A DNA stretch of 64,000 nt from Phycisphaerales bacterium (GCA_020247305.1 JADCJE010000008.1:82807-146806); one strand, 5' to 3'. Counted from the first letter of the stretch, positions 45,801 through 55,684 are shown. Numbers and translations: made by a program. Notes: generated from the letters alone by a model not told the origin.

Positions 45801-47668
45801 TGGCTCACCTCCACGCCGAGTTCGGCGAACACCTTCAGCAGATGACGTTCGATGTCATGGCTCTTGAACGGCTGGCCGTTCACCTGGCTGTGGCTCTGCA
45901 CGTCGACCAGGTACTTGCTGCGCAGCATCATCGCGAGCTGGCCCTTGTTGAGTTCCGGCAGCACGACCCGGCGGAAGCCCTTCATCAGCTCGCCGAGGTC
46001 GTTCGGCAGCGGGTTGAGGTGCCGCAGGAACGCGCAGCTGACCTGCAGTCCCTTCTGCTGCAGGCGCAGCGTCGCCGCGGTGATGGCGCCGCGCGGGCTG
46101 CCCCAGCCGAGCACCAGCACGTCGCCGTGCCGCGGACCGAACGTCTGCAGCGGCGGCAGGTCGGCCGCGATGTTGGCGATCTTCTGCGCCCGCGTGTCCA
46201 CCATGTGCTGGTGGTTGTCCGGCTCGTAGCAGATGTTGCCGGTGACGTCGGCCTTCTCCAGGCCGCCGATGCGGTGCACGAGGCCCTTGGTGCCGGGCCG
46301 CGCCCACGGCCGCGCCAGCGTCGCGGGATCGCGCGCGTACGGCATGAACTTCACGCCCGGCTCGCCGGCCGGCGCGAAGGCCACCGGGATCGCCGGCAGC
46401 GCGTCGGGATCAGGCAGCAGCCACGGCTCGCTGCCGTTGGCGATGTAGCCGTCGGACAGCACCACCACCGGCGCCATGTACTTGGTCGCGATGCGCACGG
46501 CCTCGAAGCCGACCTCGAACGCGTCGGCCGGCGTCGACGCCGCCAACACGCAGACCGGCGACTCGCCGTTGCGGCCGTACATGACCTGCAGCAGGTCCGC
46601 CTGCTGGGTCTTGGTCGGCATGCCGGTGCTCGGGCCGGCGCGCTGCACGTCGATGACGATCAGCGGCAGCTCCGCCATCACCGCGAGCCCCATCGCCTCG
46701 CTCTTCAGCGCGATGCCCGGGCCCGACGTCGACGTGATGCCGAGGCACCCCGAGTACGACGCGCCGATCGCGGCGCAGACGGCGGCGATCTCGTCCTCGG
46801 CCTGGAACGTGACGACGCCGTGGTGCTTGTAGCCGCTGAGCTGGTGCAGGATGTCCGACGCCGGCGTGATCGGGTAGCTGCCGAGGAACAGCTGCAGGCC
46901 CGCCTTCTGCGCGCCGGCGACGAGGCCAAGGCACAGGGCCTGGTTGCCCATGATGTTGCGGTACGTGCCGGGCTTCATCGGCGCCGGCGGCACGCGGTAC
47001 GCCGTCTGGAACACCTCGGTGGTCTCGGCGTAGGCGAAGCCGGCGCGCATCGCCGCGAGGTTGGCCGCGACCAGGTCCGGCTTCTTGCCGAACTTCTGCG
47101 CGATCGCCTTCTCGGTCGGCGCCGGATCGCGGTGGAACATCCAGTACAGGATGCCCAGCGCGTACATGTTCTTGCAGCGGCCGCGGGCGCGGTTGTCGAG
47201 CGGCGAGTTGGCCAGCGCCTCCTGCGTGCGCGCCTCGAGGTCGACCTCGATCGTGCGGTAGCCCGACAGCGAGCCGTCGGTGCGCGGGTCCTTGTCGTAC
47301 TTGGCCTTCTTCAGGTCGAGGGCCGAGAACGACGCCGTGTTGAGCAGCAGGATGCCGTCGCGCTTGAGTTCCTTGAGGTGGACCTTGAGCGCCGCCGGGT
47401 TCATCGCCACCAGCACGTCCGGGGCGTCGCCCGGTGTGTGGATGTCGAAGCTGGAGAAGCGCAACTGGAACGCCGACACGCCCGGCAGCGTGCCGGCGGG
47501 CGCGCGGATCTCCGCCGGGAAGTCCGGGAAGGTGGCGATGTCGTTGCCCATCAGCGCGGTGGTGCGCGTGAACTGGTCGCCGGTGAGTTGCATGCCATCG
47601 CCGGAGTCGCCGGCGAAGCGGATCACCGCCTGATCGAGGTCTTGCAGGTGCTTGTCGTGGACGGCCAT
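45797..47668 (-). CDS. korA: 2-oxoacid:ferredoxin oxidoreductase, alpha subunit
   Basis: 623 aa with an N-terminal gamma-like domain fused to the alpha domain (YPITPASDIL, TSGPGIALK). Typical KorA. Confidence 0.85.
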   Translation of the reverse strand: MAVHDKHLQDLDQAVIRFAGDSGDGMQLTGDQFTRTTALMGNDIATFPDFPAEIRAPAGTLPGVSAFQLRFSSFDIHTPGDAPDVLVAMNPAALKVHLKELKRDGILLLNTASFSALDLKKAKYDKDPRTDGSLSGYRTIEVDLEARTQEALANSPLDNRARGRCKNMYALGILYWMFHRDPAPTEKAIAQKFGKKPDLVAANLAAMRAGFAYAETTEVFQTAYRVPPAPMKPGTYRNIMGNQALCLGLVAGAQKAGLQLFLGSYPITPASDILHQLSGYKHHGVVTFQAEDEIAAVCAAIGASYSGCLGITSTSGPGIALKSEAMGLAVMAELPLIVIDVQRAGPSTGMPTKTQQADLLQVMYGRNGESPVCVLAASTPADAFEVGFEAVRIATKYMAPVVVLSDGYIANGSEPWLLPDPDALPAIPVAFAPAGEPGVKFMPYARDPATLARPWARPGTKGLVHRIGGLEKADVTGNICYEPDNHQHMVDTRAQKIANIAADLPPLQTFGPRHGDVLVLGWGSPRGAITAATLRLQQKGLQVSCAFLRHLNPLPNDLGELMKGFRRVVLPELNKGQLAMMLRSKYLVDVQSHSQVNGQPFKSHDIERHLLKVFAELGVEVSQ

Positions 47669-47820
47669 CGAGGATCGTGCCGCGCGGGGCGGCGCGGGGA
47701 ACGCCTCACCATAGCCGGACGTGCCGCCGACGCCACGGCGTCGCGTCCGCCGCCCGGGACGCCCGCCGCGGCCGGCCGCGCTTCAGTCGCCCGCGGCGGC
47801 GCGACGAAAGTACCGACGCC

Positions 47821-48564
47821 ATGGCCACCGCTTCCGTCCGCTGCCGCGCGCTCGGCCTGCTCGCCGGCATCGCGCTCGCGGCCGGCGGCGCGGCCCAGCA
47901 GCACGGCGAGGGCTCCGGCAAGCCGGTCGCGGCGCCAGCGCCGCCGCAACAGCCGCCGGCGCCCGCGACGCACGCGCCGCTGCCGGAACTGCCGCCGCTC
48001 GCAGCGCTCGCCCACTGCCAGACCGGCAACGCCGCGCACGTGCGCGCCCGCGCGTCCGGCAAGCCGGCGCCGGCGCTGGCCGACCGGCCCGCCGGCGCTG
48101 GCAAGTACGTGTGCGCCGTGCTGGTCTGCGCCGACGCCGGCGTCGACGTGCCCGCGCTGCTGGGCCTCGCGCCCGCCGACGTGCTGATGCTGGCTGCCCC
48201 CGGTCCGTTCGCGTCGCCGGAGACCGTCGCCCTGCTCGAACGCACCGTCGCCGACCACCGCCTCTCGCTGGTGGTCGTGCTGGGGCACGCCGACTGCGCG
48301 TCGCTGGCGCGCCGGCCCGGCGGCGACGCGCTGCAGCGCCGCCGCGACGCCGCGCACGCCGAGGCGCAGCGCCGCGGCGATGCCTTGCCGCCCACCGTCG
48401 CGCGCATGCAGCGCGATCTGCTGCTCGCGAGTTCGGACGCGCTGCAGGCGAAGTCGACCGCAGGCGCCCTGCGCGTGCTGCCGGCGACCGTCGAGCCGGC
48501 GACCGGCGCGATCACGTGGCTGCACGCGCGCGCCGAGACGCTGCCGATCGCGCCAGTGAAGTGA
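47821..48564 (+). CDS. Secreted beta-carbonic-anhydrase-like protein with variant active site
   Basis: Signal peptide. The CADAG and GHADC motifs align with the CSDSR / GHxxCG zinc motifs of beta-CAs, but the dyad Arg is replaced by Gly. Confidence 0.45.
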   Translation: MATASVRCRALGLLAGIALAAGGAAQQHGEGSGKPVAAPAPPQQPPAPATHAPLPELPPLAALAHCQTGNAAHVRARASGKPAPALADRPAGAGKYVCAVLVCADAGVDVPALLGLAPADVLMLAAPGPFASPETVALLERTVADHRLSLVVVLGHADCASLARRPGGDALQRRRDAAHAEAQRRGDALPPTVARMQRDLLLASSDALQAKSTAGALRVLPATVEPATGAITWLHARAETLPIAPVK

Positions 48565-48670
48565 CCGACGGCGGTTCCGGCACTCGCCCCTCGCGCCCGG
48601 CCGCCGCCGCGCTTCAATGCGCCGCCCCCGCGCGCCGCGGCGCGCTGTCCTCGTCACTCCGCCCGCCGTC

Positions 48671-50737
48671 ATGCTCACCCAGCTCGGTGCGTTCAGCCAT
48701 CGCTTCGAAGCGCTCGTGCGACCGGCCCTGCCGCGCCTCGACGACGCGATCGCCGCGGCGGAGGCCACCCCTGCGGACGTGCCCGGCCGCGGCCTGCTCG
48801 GTCCGCTGCGCGAAGCCCGCCACCAGCTGCGCTCGCTGTGCGACAAGGTCGCCGAACAGCAGGCCTACGTGCTGGTGTTCGGCCCGCTGAAGAGCGGCAA
48901 GTCGACGCTGATGAACGCGCTCGCCGGCGCCTACGTCAGCGAAGTCACCAGCCTGCCGGCCTACCCGTGCCTCGTCTTCGTGGGCGCCGGGCCGCGCCGC
49001 GAGTACGTCGTCACCCGCCACGACGGCGCGCGCACGACGTGGGCCGACGCGCGCGACTGCGCCGCGCACGTCGAGACCGCGCACGGCGAGCTCGCGGCCG
49101 CGCTGCGCGCCGCCGAGCAGCAGGGCGTCGCGTTCGAGCCGCAGCAGCACTTTCCCGCCGCGATACGCCGCATCGACGTGCGCGTGCCCGACAGCGAGCT
49201 CGCGTCGACCGGCGCGGTGCTGGTCGACACGCCCGGTCTCTACACCCGCATGCGCTTCGGCTACGACCGCATGACGCGCGAGTTCCGCGACGCGGCGGCG
49301 TGCGCGGTGTACGTCGTGCGCACCGACACGCTGTTCCTCGAACAGGCCTTCGCCGAGTTCCACCGCCTGCTCGACCTGTTCTCGCGCGTGTTCCTGGTCG
49401 TCAACGTCGACAGCCGCAAGCGCGACGTGTCGCCCGACGGCAAGCTGGTGCCGAGCCTGGAGCAGTCGCATCCCGAACGCGTCGTCGAGGCGTTCGAGCG
49501 GCTGGCGATGACCGCGCCGCTGGCGCAGGCGCACGCGCAGGGCCGACTGCGCCTGTTCCCGGTCGACCTGATGCGCGCCGCCAGCCATGCCCTGCGCAAG
49601 GAGCCGGGCGAGGCCGCGCCGGCGGACTTCGCCGCCTTCCAGGGCGAACTGACGGCCTTCCTCGGCAGCGCCGAGTACATCGCCGCGTTCCTGCGCGACT
49701 CGCTGCAGCGCGCCCGCGCCGTGCTCGGCGACGCCGGCCTCCTGCTCGCCGGTCCCGACGCCCAGCGCCTGCAGCAGGGACTCGTCGCCGCTGCCGAACG
49801 GGCGGAGTGGCTCGCCGCCGAGGAACGCCGCGCCGCCGCCGCGGCCGCCAGCGAACTCGGCGCCGCCTTCGCGCCGCTGGCGACGGTCGTCACCGCCGAG
49901 GCCGAGCGCGCCGTGCGCGACTGTGGCGCCAAGCTGCTGCGCGGGCTCGGGGCGGCCATCGACACGTGGTTCCTGTCCGGGCACAGCCTGCATTGGCTGC
50001 TGCACGACCAGTGGCGACCGCTGGTGCGCGAGTTCCGCGACGACGTGACCACCGCCGTCCGTCGCGCCGTCGAGTCGGCGCTGGCCGTGCCCGGCGCCGG
50101 CGTCGCGCTGCCGGCTGCGACCGCCGACCTGCTGGCGCGCGCGGGCGTCGATCTGCGCACGCTGCTGCTGCGCACGCTCGAACAACTCGGCACGGTGGCG
50201 TGGCCCGACGAGCCGGTCGTGCCGATCGACTTCGGCGCGATCCCGCTGCGGCGCAGCGTCGTCGACCTCGTGACGTTCCGCAGCCTCGACCGCGTCCGCG
50301 AGCGGTTGCTCGGCCCCGCCACCGCGCCCGACGCCAAGGTGACGGCGAAGGACAAGGCGGCGCGGCTCGGCGAGACCGGCCGGTTGCATCTGCACCAGTG
50401 CGTCACCCGCTACCGCGGCGAACTCGGCCCCGCGACCACGGCGACGCTGCGGCGGCACTTCGACGCGCGCTTCGTCGCCGCCGCCGACGCGGCCCTGCGG
50501 CAGGCGCTGGCCGCCTACGGGCCGGCCTTGCGCGCGGAGCGCGACGCCGCGGCCGCCGCACGCGAACGGCTGCAGGCCCTGGCCGCGCCGCTGCGCGAAC
50601 TCGCCGCCGCCGTGCACACGCGGCTCGACGGCCTGCACGAACTCGGCCGCGCCTTCGCGATCGACCTCGCGGCGCTGCCGCCGCGGCCGTCGGCGGCCGC
50701 CGACGAGGCGCTGCGCCGGCCTGAACCGGTGGCGTGA
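48671..50737 (+). CDS. Dynamin-family large GTPase (bacterial dynamin-like protein)
   Basis: G1 GPLKSGKSTLMNAL and G3 VLVDTPGL, followed by a roughly 450-aa Ala/Leu-rich helical stalk region. ATG at 48671. Confidence 0.7.
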   Translation: MLTQLGAFSHRFEALVRPALPRLDDAIAAAEATPADVPGRGLLGPLREARHQLRSLCDKVAEQQAYVLVFGPLKSGKSTLMNALAGAYVSEVTSLPAYPCLVFVGAGPRREYVVTRHDGARTTWADARDCAAHVETAHGELAAALRAAEQQGVAFEPQQHFPAAIRRIDVRVPDSELASTGAVLVDTPGLYTRMRFGYDRMTREFRDAAACAVYVVRTDTLFLEQAFAEFHRLLDLFSRVFLVVNVDSRKRDVSPDGKLVPSLEQSHPERVVEAFERLAMTAPLAQAHAQGRLRLFPVDLMRAASHALRKEPGEAAPADFAAFQGELTAFLGSAEYIAAFLRDSLQRARAVLGDAGLLLAGPDAQRLQQGLVAAAERAEWLAAEERRAAAAAASELGAAFAPLATVVTAEAERAVRDCGAKLLRGLGAAIDTWFLSGHSLHWLLHDQWRPLVREFRDDVTTAVRRAVESALAVPGAGVALPAATADLLARAGVDLRTLLLRTLEQLGTVAWPDEPVVPIDFGAIPLRRSVVDLVTFRSLDRVRERLLGPATAPDAKVTAKDKAARLGETGRLHLHQCVTRYRGELGPATTATLRRHFDARFVAAADAALRQALAAYGPALRAERDAAAAARERLQALAAPLRELAAAVHTRLDGLHELGRAFAIDLAALPPRPSAAADEALRRPEPVA

Positions 50738-51155
50738 ACCGCGCGGCCGCACGCGCAGCCGCGCGTGCCGCGACGCCGCACGCCAGGGGTCAGCGCCTCC
50801 TGGCCCCGCCACGGACGGGGCGATTGCGCGGCGGCGACACCACATCCTTCGGCTGCGCCGGGCAGGCCGCCTGCGCTACGGGGTTCGCGCCGCGGATCCA
50901 CTGGCCAGCGATGTCCTTGCCAGCTTCTTGGCCGCGAAGATCCCGCGACTCCGCGTCCTACGTTTGCTCTGCTCGGTGCGCTCGGTGCCCTCTGTGATTC
51001 TACCGCTGCAGACGCCCGCGAGGCCGGCTCCACGCTGCCACGGCTCGCCGGGATCTGGCGGACCAGCGTCGTCGGCCACAAGGACGCCAAGGCGTCGCGC
51101 AAGCTGCCGCTGGACCTGACGCGCTGCGGCGAGCGAGCCGGCGGCGCGCGGGCGC

Positions 51156-53630
51156 TCAGGCCTGCCGGGCCAGCGCGCGGAAGCGCGCCAGCGTCGACCG
51201 CACGCGCGACAGCACTTCGTCGCCGGGCAGACCCATGAACAACTCGATCGCCTCGCGCACGGTGGAGACGCCGTAGACCGCGAACTTGCCGAGCGCGACC
51301 GCCTCGCACAGCTCGCTGTCGAGCATCAGGTCGCCGACGTTGGCCAGCGGCAGCACGACGCCCTGCTCGCCGGTGAGCCGCCGCGCCTCGCACAGCCGGA
51401 AGAACCCTTCGGCCTTGGCGTTGACGCCGCCGACTGACTGCACCTCGCCCTTCTGGTTGACCGAGCCGGTGATCGCCAGGTGCTGCGCCAGCGGCAAACC
51501 CGACAGCGAGCTCAGCAGCGCCAGCAACTGCGCCAGCGACGCCGAGTCGCCCTCGACGCCGTTGTACAGCTGCTCGAAGCAGATCGTCGCCTGCATGCAC
51601 AGGGGGCCGTCGCGGCCGCACTCCTGCAGCAGGAACCCCTCCAGGATCATCACGCCCTTGTTGTGGATCGGGCCGGAGAGGTTGGCGAGGCCCTCGATGT
51701 TGACCAGCCCCGAGCGCTGCGCGGTGGCGACGCCCGAGTTGCAGGTGATGCGGCACGGCCGGCCGAACTCGATCGAACCGGTGTCGAGGACCGTCAGCGC
51801 GTTGATCTGCCCCACCACCGCGCCCTGCGTCGACAGCCGCGTGTAGCCGGCGGCGTACTCGCGCTCGGTCTGCTCCTGCGCGAGGTCGTGGCGCTGCCGC
51901 TGCATGCGGACGGTGCGCTCGACGTGGTCGCGCGTGATCGACCGCGCGCCTTCCTGGTCGCACAGGTGCGAGGCCTCGCGCGCGAGGTCGCCGATCTCGC
52001 TGTAGCGCGTGATCAGGCGGTCGCTGCGGCCGGCGGCGCGGGCCCCGTACTCGGCAACCGCGGCGAGTCCGGTCGGCGAGAACGGCCGCAGCTTCTCGGT
52101 CTCGGCCAGCCACGCGAGGTAGTCGGCGTAGCGCGCGAGGTTGCCCGTCTCGACCGGGATGGTCGCGTCGAACTCGGCGTGGATCTTGAAGATCTGGGGG
52201 AACTGCGGGTCCTCGGCCGCCAGCTGCTCGTAGACGCCCGGCTCGCCGATCAGCACGACCTTGAGGTCGAGCGGGATCGACTCGGGCTGCAGCGAGCCGA
52301 CCTGCGCGCCCGACGACTGGTCGAACTCGCGGATCTCCAGGCGGCCGCTCTGCAGCGTGCGCTTGAGCTGCGTCCACACGCCCGGCTCGCGCAGCACGTC
52401 GAGGCAGCGCAGCACCAGGTACCCGCCGTCGGCGCGCAGCAGCGCGCCGGGGTTGACGTGCATGGCGCCGGAGCCCGAGCCGTCGGGCGGCGGCGTGATC
52501 GTGCCGAACAGGTTGCCGAACGTCGGGTTCGTCTCCAGCACGACGGGGCACGCGTCGTGGAACGACGTCTTGACGATGCGGGCGTGGAACTCGCCCAGCC
52601 GCGGCTCGGCCGGCGCCTCGGGCGCGGACTCGTCGCCCTCCTCGTCGCCGTCGCCGTCGGCGGCTACCCACTGGTGGAGGTGGCGCTCGAGGTACTCGCC
52701 GGCGGCGTCGAGCCAGTCGGCGACCTCGGGCTGGTCCCAGCGGCGCTGGAACTCCTTCTGGTGCAGGCGGATGACCTTCCACGCGAGCTGCCGGTCCATC
52801 GTCCGCAGCTCCTCGAACAGGCGCGCGTGCTCCTCGCGCATGCGGTCGTTGACCTCGTCGAGGCGTTCGACCAGCTGCTCGCGGTGCCGCAGCAGCTTGT
52901 CGCGCTCGGCCTCGCTGACCTTGCCTTCGTGCACGTGCGCCAGCAACGCGTCGAGCGTGATCGGCTCGCCGTCGACCACCGGGTAGATGTCGGTGGTCGA
53001 GGCGCCGCCCTGCGACTGGAAGCGCACCAGCGCGCAGCCCTGCTTCTGCGCCTGCCGCTGCAGGGCGTCCATGATGCGCCGTTCGCGCAACTGGCTGGCG
53101 CGCTGCACGACGCGGCGCGACATGCGGTGCGGCCGCGAGCGCAGGGCAGCGACGAGGTGGCCGTGCAGCGCGCGACCGAGTTCCAGCAGCTGGTCGCGGA
53201 AGCCGCCGGCCTTGCCAGGCGGCAGCGACACCAGCAGCGGACGGTTCGGATCGCGGAAGTTGTGCGTGAACACGCGGTCAGGCGTGCGCCGACAGACCGG
53301 CTGGATGTCGCGCAGCAGCAGTTCGACGACGGCCGTGCGCCCCGACCCCATCAGGCCGGAGACGAAGAGGTGGTACCCCTGCGCGTGGATCGACAAGCCG
53401 GTGCGCAGCGCCGCCATCGGCCGATCCTGGCCGAGCAGGAACGCCGCCGTCGGCGGCGTGCCGGACGCCTTCAGTGGCGGGCAGTTCCAGCGCAGCCGCT
53501 CCAGCGGCAGGCGCAGGCTCTCGACCGTCGCCGCGACGCTCGCCGCCGCGGCCGCGCGCGGCCCGACGCTGCGCGCGCGCACCGGCCCGCCACCGCCCGA
53601 CTTGCCCGGGTTCTTCGCCTTGCCCTTCAT
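51156..53630 (-). CDS. Lon-like protease (COG1067 type: AAA-like N-domain + Lon S16 proteolytic domain)
   Basis: C-terminal Lon protease domain with catalytic Ser (VEGDSASLA) and Lys (GGVNAKAEGF) contexts. The N-terminal P-loop-like sequence is GLMGSGRT. Confidence 0.8.
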   Translation of the reverse strand: MKGKAKNPGKSGGGGPVRARSVGPRAAAAASVAATVESLRLPLERLRWNCPPLKASGTPPTAAFLLGQDRPMAALRTGLSIHAQGYHLFVSGLMGSGRTAVVELLLRDIQPVCRRTPDRVFTHNFRDPNRPLLVSLPPGKAGGFRDQLLELGRALHGHLVAALRSRPHRMSRRVVQRASQLRERRIMDALQRQAQKQGCALVRFQSQGGASTTDIYPVVDGEPITLDALLAHVHEGKVSEAERDKLLRHREQLVERLDEVNDRMREEHARLFEELRTMDRQLAWKVIRLHQKEFQRRWDQPEVADWLDAAGEYLERHLHQWVAADGDGDEEGDESAPEAPAEPRLGEFHARIVKTSFHDACPVVLETNPTFGNLFGTITPPPDGSGSGAMHVNPGALLRADGGYLVLRCLDVLREPGVWTQLKRTLQSGRLEIREFDQSSGAQVGSLQPESIPLDLKVVLIGEPGVYEQLAAEDPQFPQIFKIHAEFDATIPVETGNLARYADYLAWLAETEKLRPFSPTGLAAVAEYGARAAGRSDRLITRYSEIGDLAREASHLCDQEGARSITRDHVERTVRMQRQRHDLAQEQTEREYAAGYTRLSTQGAVVGQINALTVLDTGSIEFGRPCRITCNSGVATAQRSGLVNIEGLANLSGPIHNKGVMILEGFLLQECGRDGPLCMQATICFEQLYNGVEGDSASLAQLLALLSSLSGLPLAQHLAITGSVNQKGEVQSVGGVNAKAEGFFRLCEARRLTGEQGVVLPLANVGDLMLDSELCEAVALGKFAVYGVSTVREAIELFMGLPGDEVLSRVRSTLARFRALARQA

Positions 53631-53685
53631 GCCACGGTTCCCGCCGCATGTGCGGCGCCTCGGATCGCCATGCGCGCCGTGCCCA

Positions 53686-54141
53686 TCACGTGCGCGCCAC
53701 CAACACCGGGCACGGCGCCGCCTTGAGCACTTCGCCGGCGGTGTTGCCGAGCAGAGCCTTCATCAGGCCGGTGCGACCGCGCGAGCGGACCAGGATCAGG
53801 TCGACCTGCTGCACCAGCGCCTCCTTCAGGATCTGCTCCTCGACGTCCTCGGCGAACGTCAGGTGCCCGAGCGCCTGGACGCCGGCGGCGGCCGCCTGAT
53901 CGACCAACTGCTGCAGGATGCCGCGCACTTCGTCGCGCAGCGCCTTCTCGAAGTCGCCGGTGCCGGAGCGCGCGCGGTGGCCGCCGATCAGGTTGACCGT
54001 CGTCGGCGTGTCGATGACGGCGAACAACAGCAGGTCGGCGCGCAGTTGCGCCGCGAGTCCGATCGCGTAGCCGAGGTCGAGATCGCGGCGTTCCGCGAGT
54101 TCGACCGGAGCCAGGATGCGGCGCACGACCTGAGCCACCAT
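53686..54141 (-). CDS. Universal stress protein (UspA family)
   Basis: 151 aa with ILAPVE and the C-terminal LLGNTAGEVLKAAPCPVLV ATP-binding motif. Confidence 0.8.
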   Translation of the reverse strand: MVAQVVRRILAPVELAERRDLDLGYAIGLAAQLRADLLLFAVIDTPTTVNLIGGHRARSGTGDFEKALRDEVRGILQQLVDQAAAAGVQALGHLTFAEDVEEQILKEALVQQVDLILVRSRGRTGLMKALLGNTAGEVLKAAPCPVLVART

Positions 54142-54228
54142 GGCGGGCAACCATACGCGTCGGCGCAGGCATTTCGAGCCTGGATCCGCTACCCTGCGGC
54201 GCCGCGAATCCGCACCGGAGCCCAGCGC

Positions 54229-55632
54229 TTGGACCTGCAGAGCCTCAAGATCGATCGCGCTGCCGCAGCGCCGCGCCGCCGCAACCCGTGGCCGCTGCGC
54301 GTCGCGGTCCTCGCGCTGCTCGGCGGCGGCCTGTGGCTCTTCCAACCGTCGGTCGCCGCCTTCGTCGACCGCGTGCGCCTGCCGGTCGTGCGCGCGGCGG
54401 TCGTGACCGAGGCCGCGCCCGCTGCCGCAGCGGCGATTCGCGGCGCCGCCGCCAATGGCTACATCGTCGCGGCGCGGCGCGCCGCGCTGTCGTCCGACGT
54501 GCCGGGCCGCATCGTCGAATTGGCGGTCAAGGAAGGTTCGGTGGTCAAGAAGGGCGACATCGTCGCGCGACTCTTCGCCGACGAGTTCCGCGCGTCGCTG
54601 CAGCGCGCCGAAGCCGACGTGGCGACCGCCGACGGTTCGGTCCAACGCGCGATCGCGGCTGCGGCCACCGCGGCTGCCGACGTCGTCCAGGCCGAGGCAG
54701 CCGCCGCGAGCGCGCAGGCGCAGGCGAACGAGGCCGTGGCCGTCCTGCGGTACCTCGAAACCGAGTTCGCCCGCGTCGAAGAACTGGCGCGCAACGGCGA
54801 CGCCAGCGCGCGCGACCTCGACCGCGCCCGCAGCGACCGCGACGCGCAAGCGGCGCGCGCCGCCGCCGCCGCCGCCGGCGAGCGCAGCGCCGCTGCCGCC
54901 GTCGAAGTGGCCGTGCGGCGCAACGCCACCGCCGCCGAGGACGTCGCCGTGGCCAAGGCGCAGGCGGTCTCGGCCCGCGCCGGACGCGACCTCGCCAAGG
55001 CCACGCTCGACAAGACCGACGTGCGGGCGCCGTTCGACGGCGTCGTCGTGCTGAAGGACGCCGAGGTCGGCGAGGTGGTGTCCCCCAACGTCGTCGGCGG
55101 CACCACCGCGCGCGGCGCGGTGTGCACCATGGTCGACTTCGACTCGCTCGAAGTGCAGGCCAACGTGCCGGAGACGACGCTTGCCTCGGTGCGCCAGGGC
55201 GCGCCCGCCGACGTGTTCCTCGACGCCTTCCCCGACGAACGGTATCCCGGCGTCGTCGACCGCATCTGGCCGACCGCCGACCGCCAGAAGGCGACGGTCG
55301 AGGTGCGCGTCAAGCTCGGCCGCAAGGACGATCGGCTGCGCCCCGAGATGGGCGTGCGCATCGTCTTCCGCGCGGCCGACGCGCCCGAACCGGAAACCAG
55401 CGGCGAGAAGCCGCGCATCGTCGTGCCCGAGCAGGCGCTCGCAACGCTCGACGGCGCCGTCGGCGCCTTCGTGCTCGACGGCGACGTCGCGCGCTTCCGC
55501 AAGGTGACGACCGGCGAGCGCAAGGGCGGCCGCGTCGTCGTCGCGGCAGGACTGCAGAAGGACCAGCGCATCGTGCTGGCGCCGCCGGCGTCGCTGCGCG
55601 ACGGCGACCGCGTCCGCGTGCAGACCGACTGA
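54229..55632 (+). CDS. HlyD/MacA-type periplasmic adaptor (membrane fusion protein)
   Basis: N-terminal LKIDR...TM segment, lipoyl-like hairpin (GRIVELAVKEGSVVKKGDIVARL), a long coiled coil and a beta-barrel (VRAPFDGVV). No ATG is available; the TTG at 54229 is proposed. Start uncertain. Confidence 0.7.
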   Translation: MDLQSLKIDRAAAAPRRRNPWPLRVAVLALLGGGLWLFQPSVAAFVDRVRLPVVRAAVVTEAAPAAAAAIRGAAANGYIVAARRAALSSDVPGRIVELAVKEGSVVKKGDIVARLFADEFRASLQRAEADVATADGSVQRAIAAAATAAADVVQAEAAAASAQAQANEAVAVLRYLETEFARVEELARNGDASARDLDRARSDRDAQAARAAAAAAGERSAAAAVEVAVRRNATAAEDVAVAKAQAVSARAGRDLAKATLDKTDVRAPFDGVVVLKDAEVGEVVSPNVVGGTTARGAVCTMVDFDSLEVQANVPETTLASVRQGAPADVFLDAFPDERYPGVVDRIWPTADRQKATVEVRVKLGRKDDRLRPEMGVRIVFRAADAPEPETSGEKPRIVVPEQALATLDGAVGAFVLDGDVARFRKVTTGERKGGRVVVAAGLQKDQRIVLAPPASLRDGDRVRVQTD

Positions 55633-55684
55633 CCGGCCGCCGACGCCCCGCCCGGCCACGCAGCCCCCCGCCTCCGCATCCCCC

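Noticed and set aside
50876-51079. 67-aa minus-strand ORF in the dynamin/Lon gap as a small protein gene.
   Set aside because: Its third-position GC (roughly three quarters by my count) is clearly below that of neighbouring genes. There is no ribosome-binding site and no recognisable motif.
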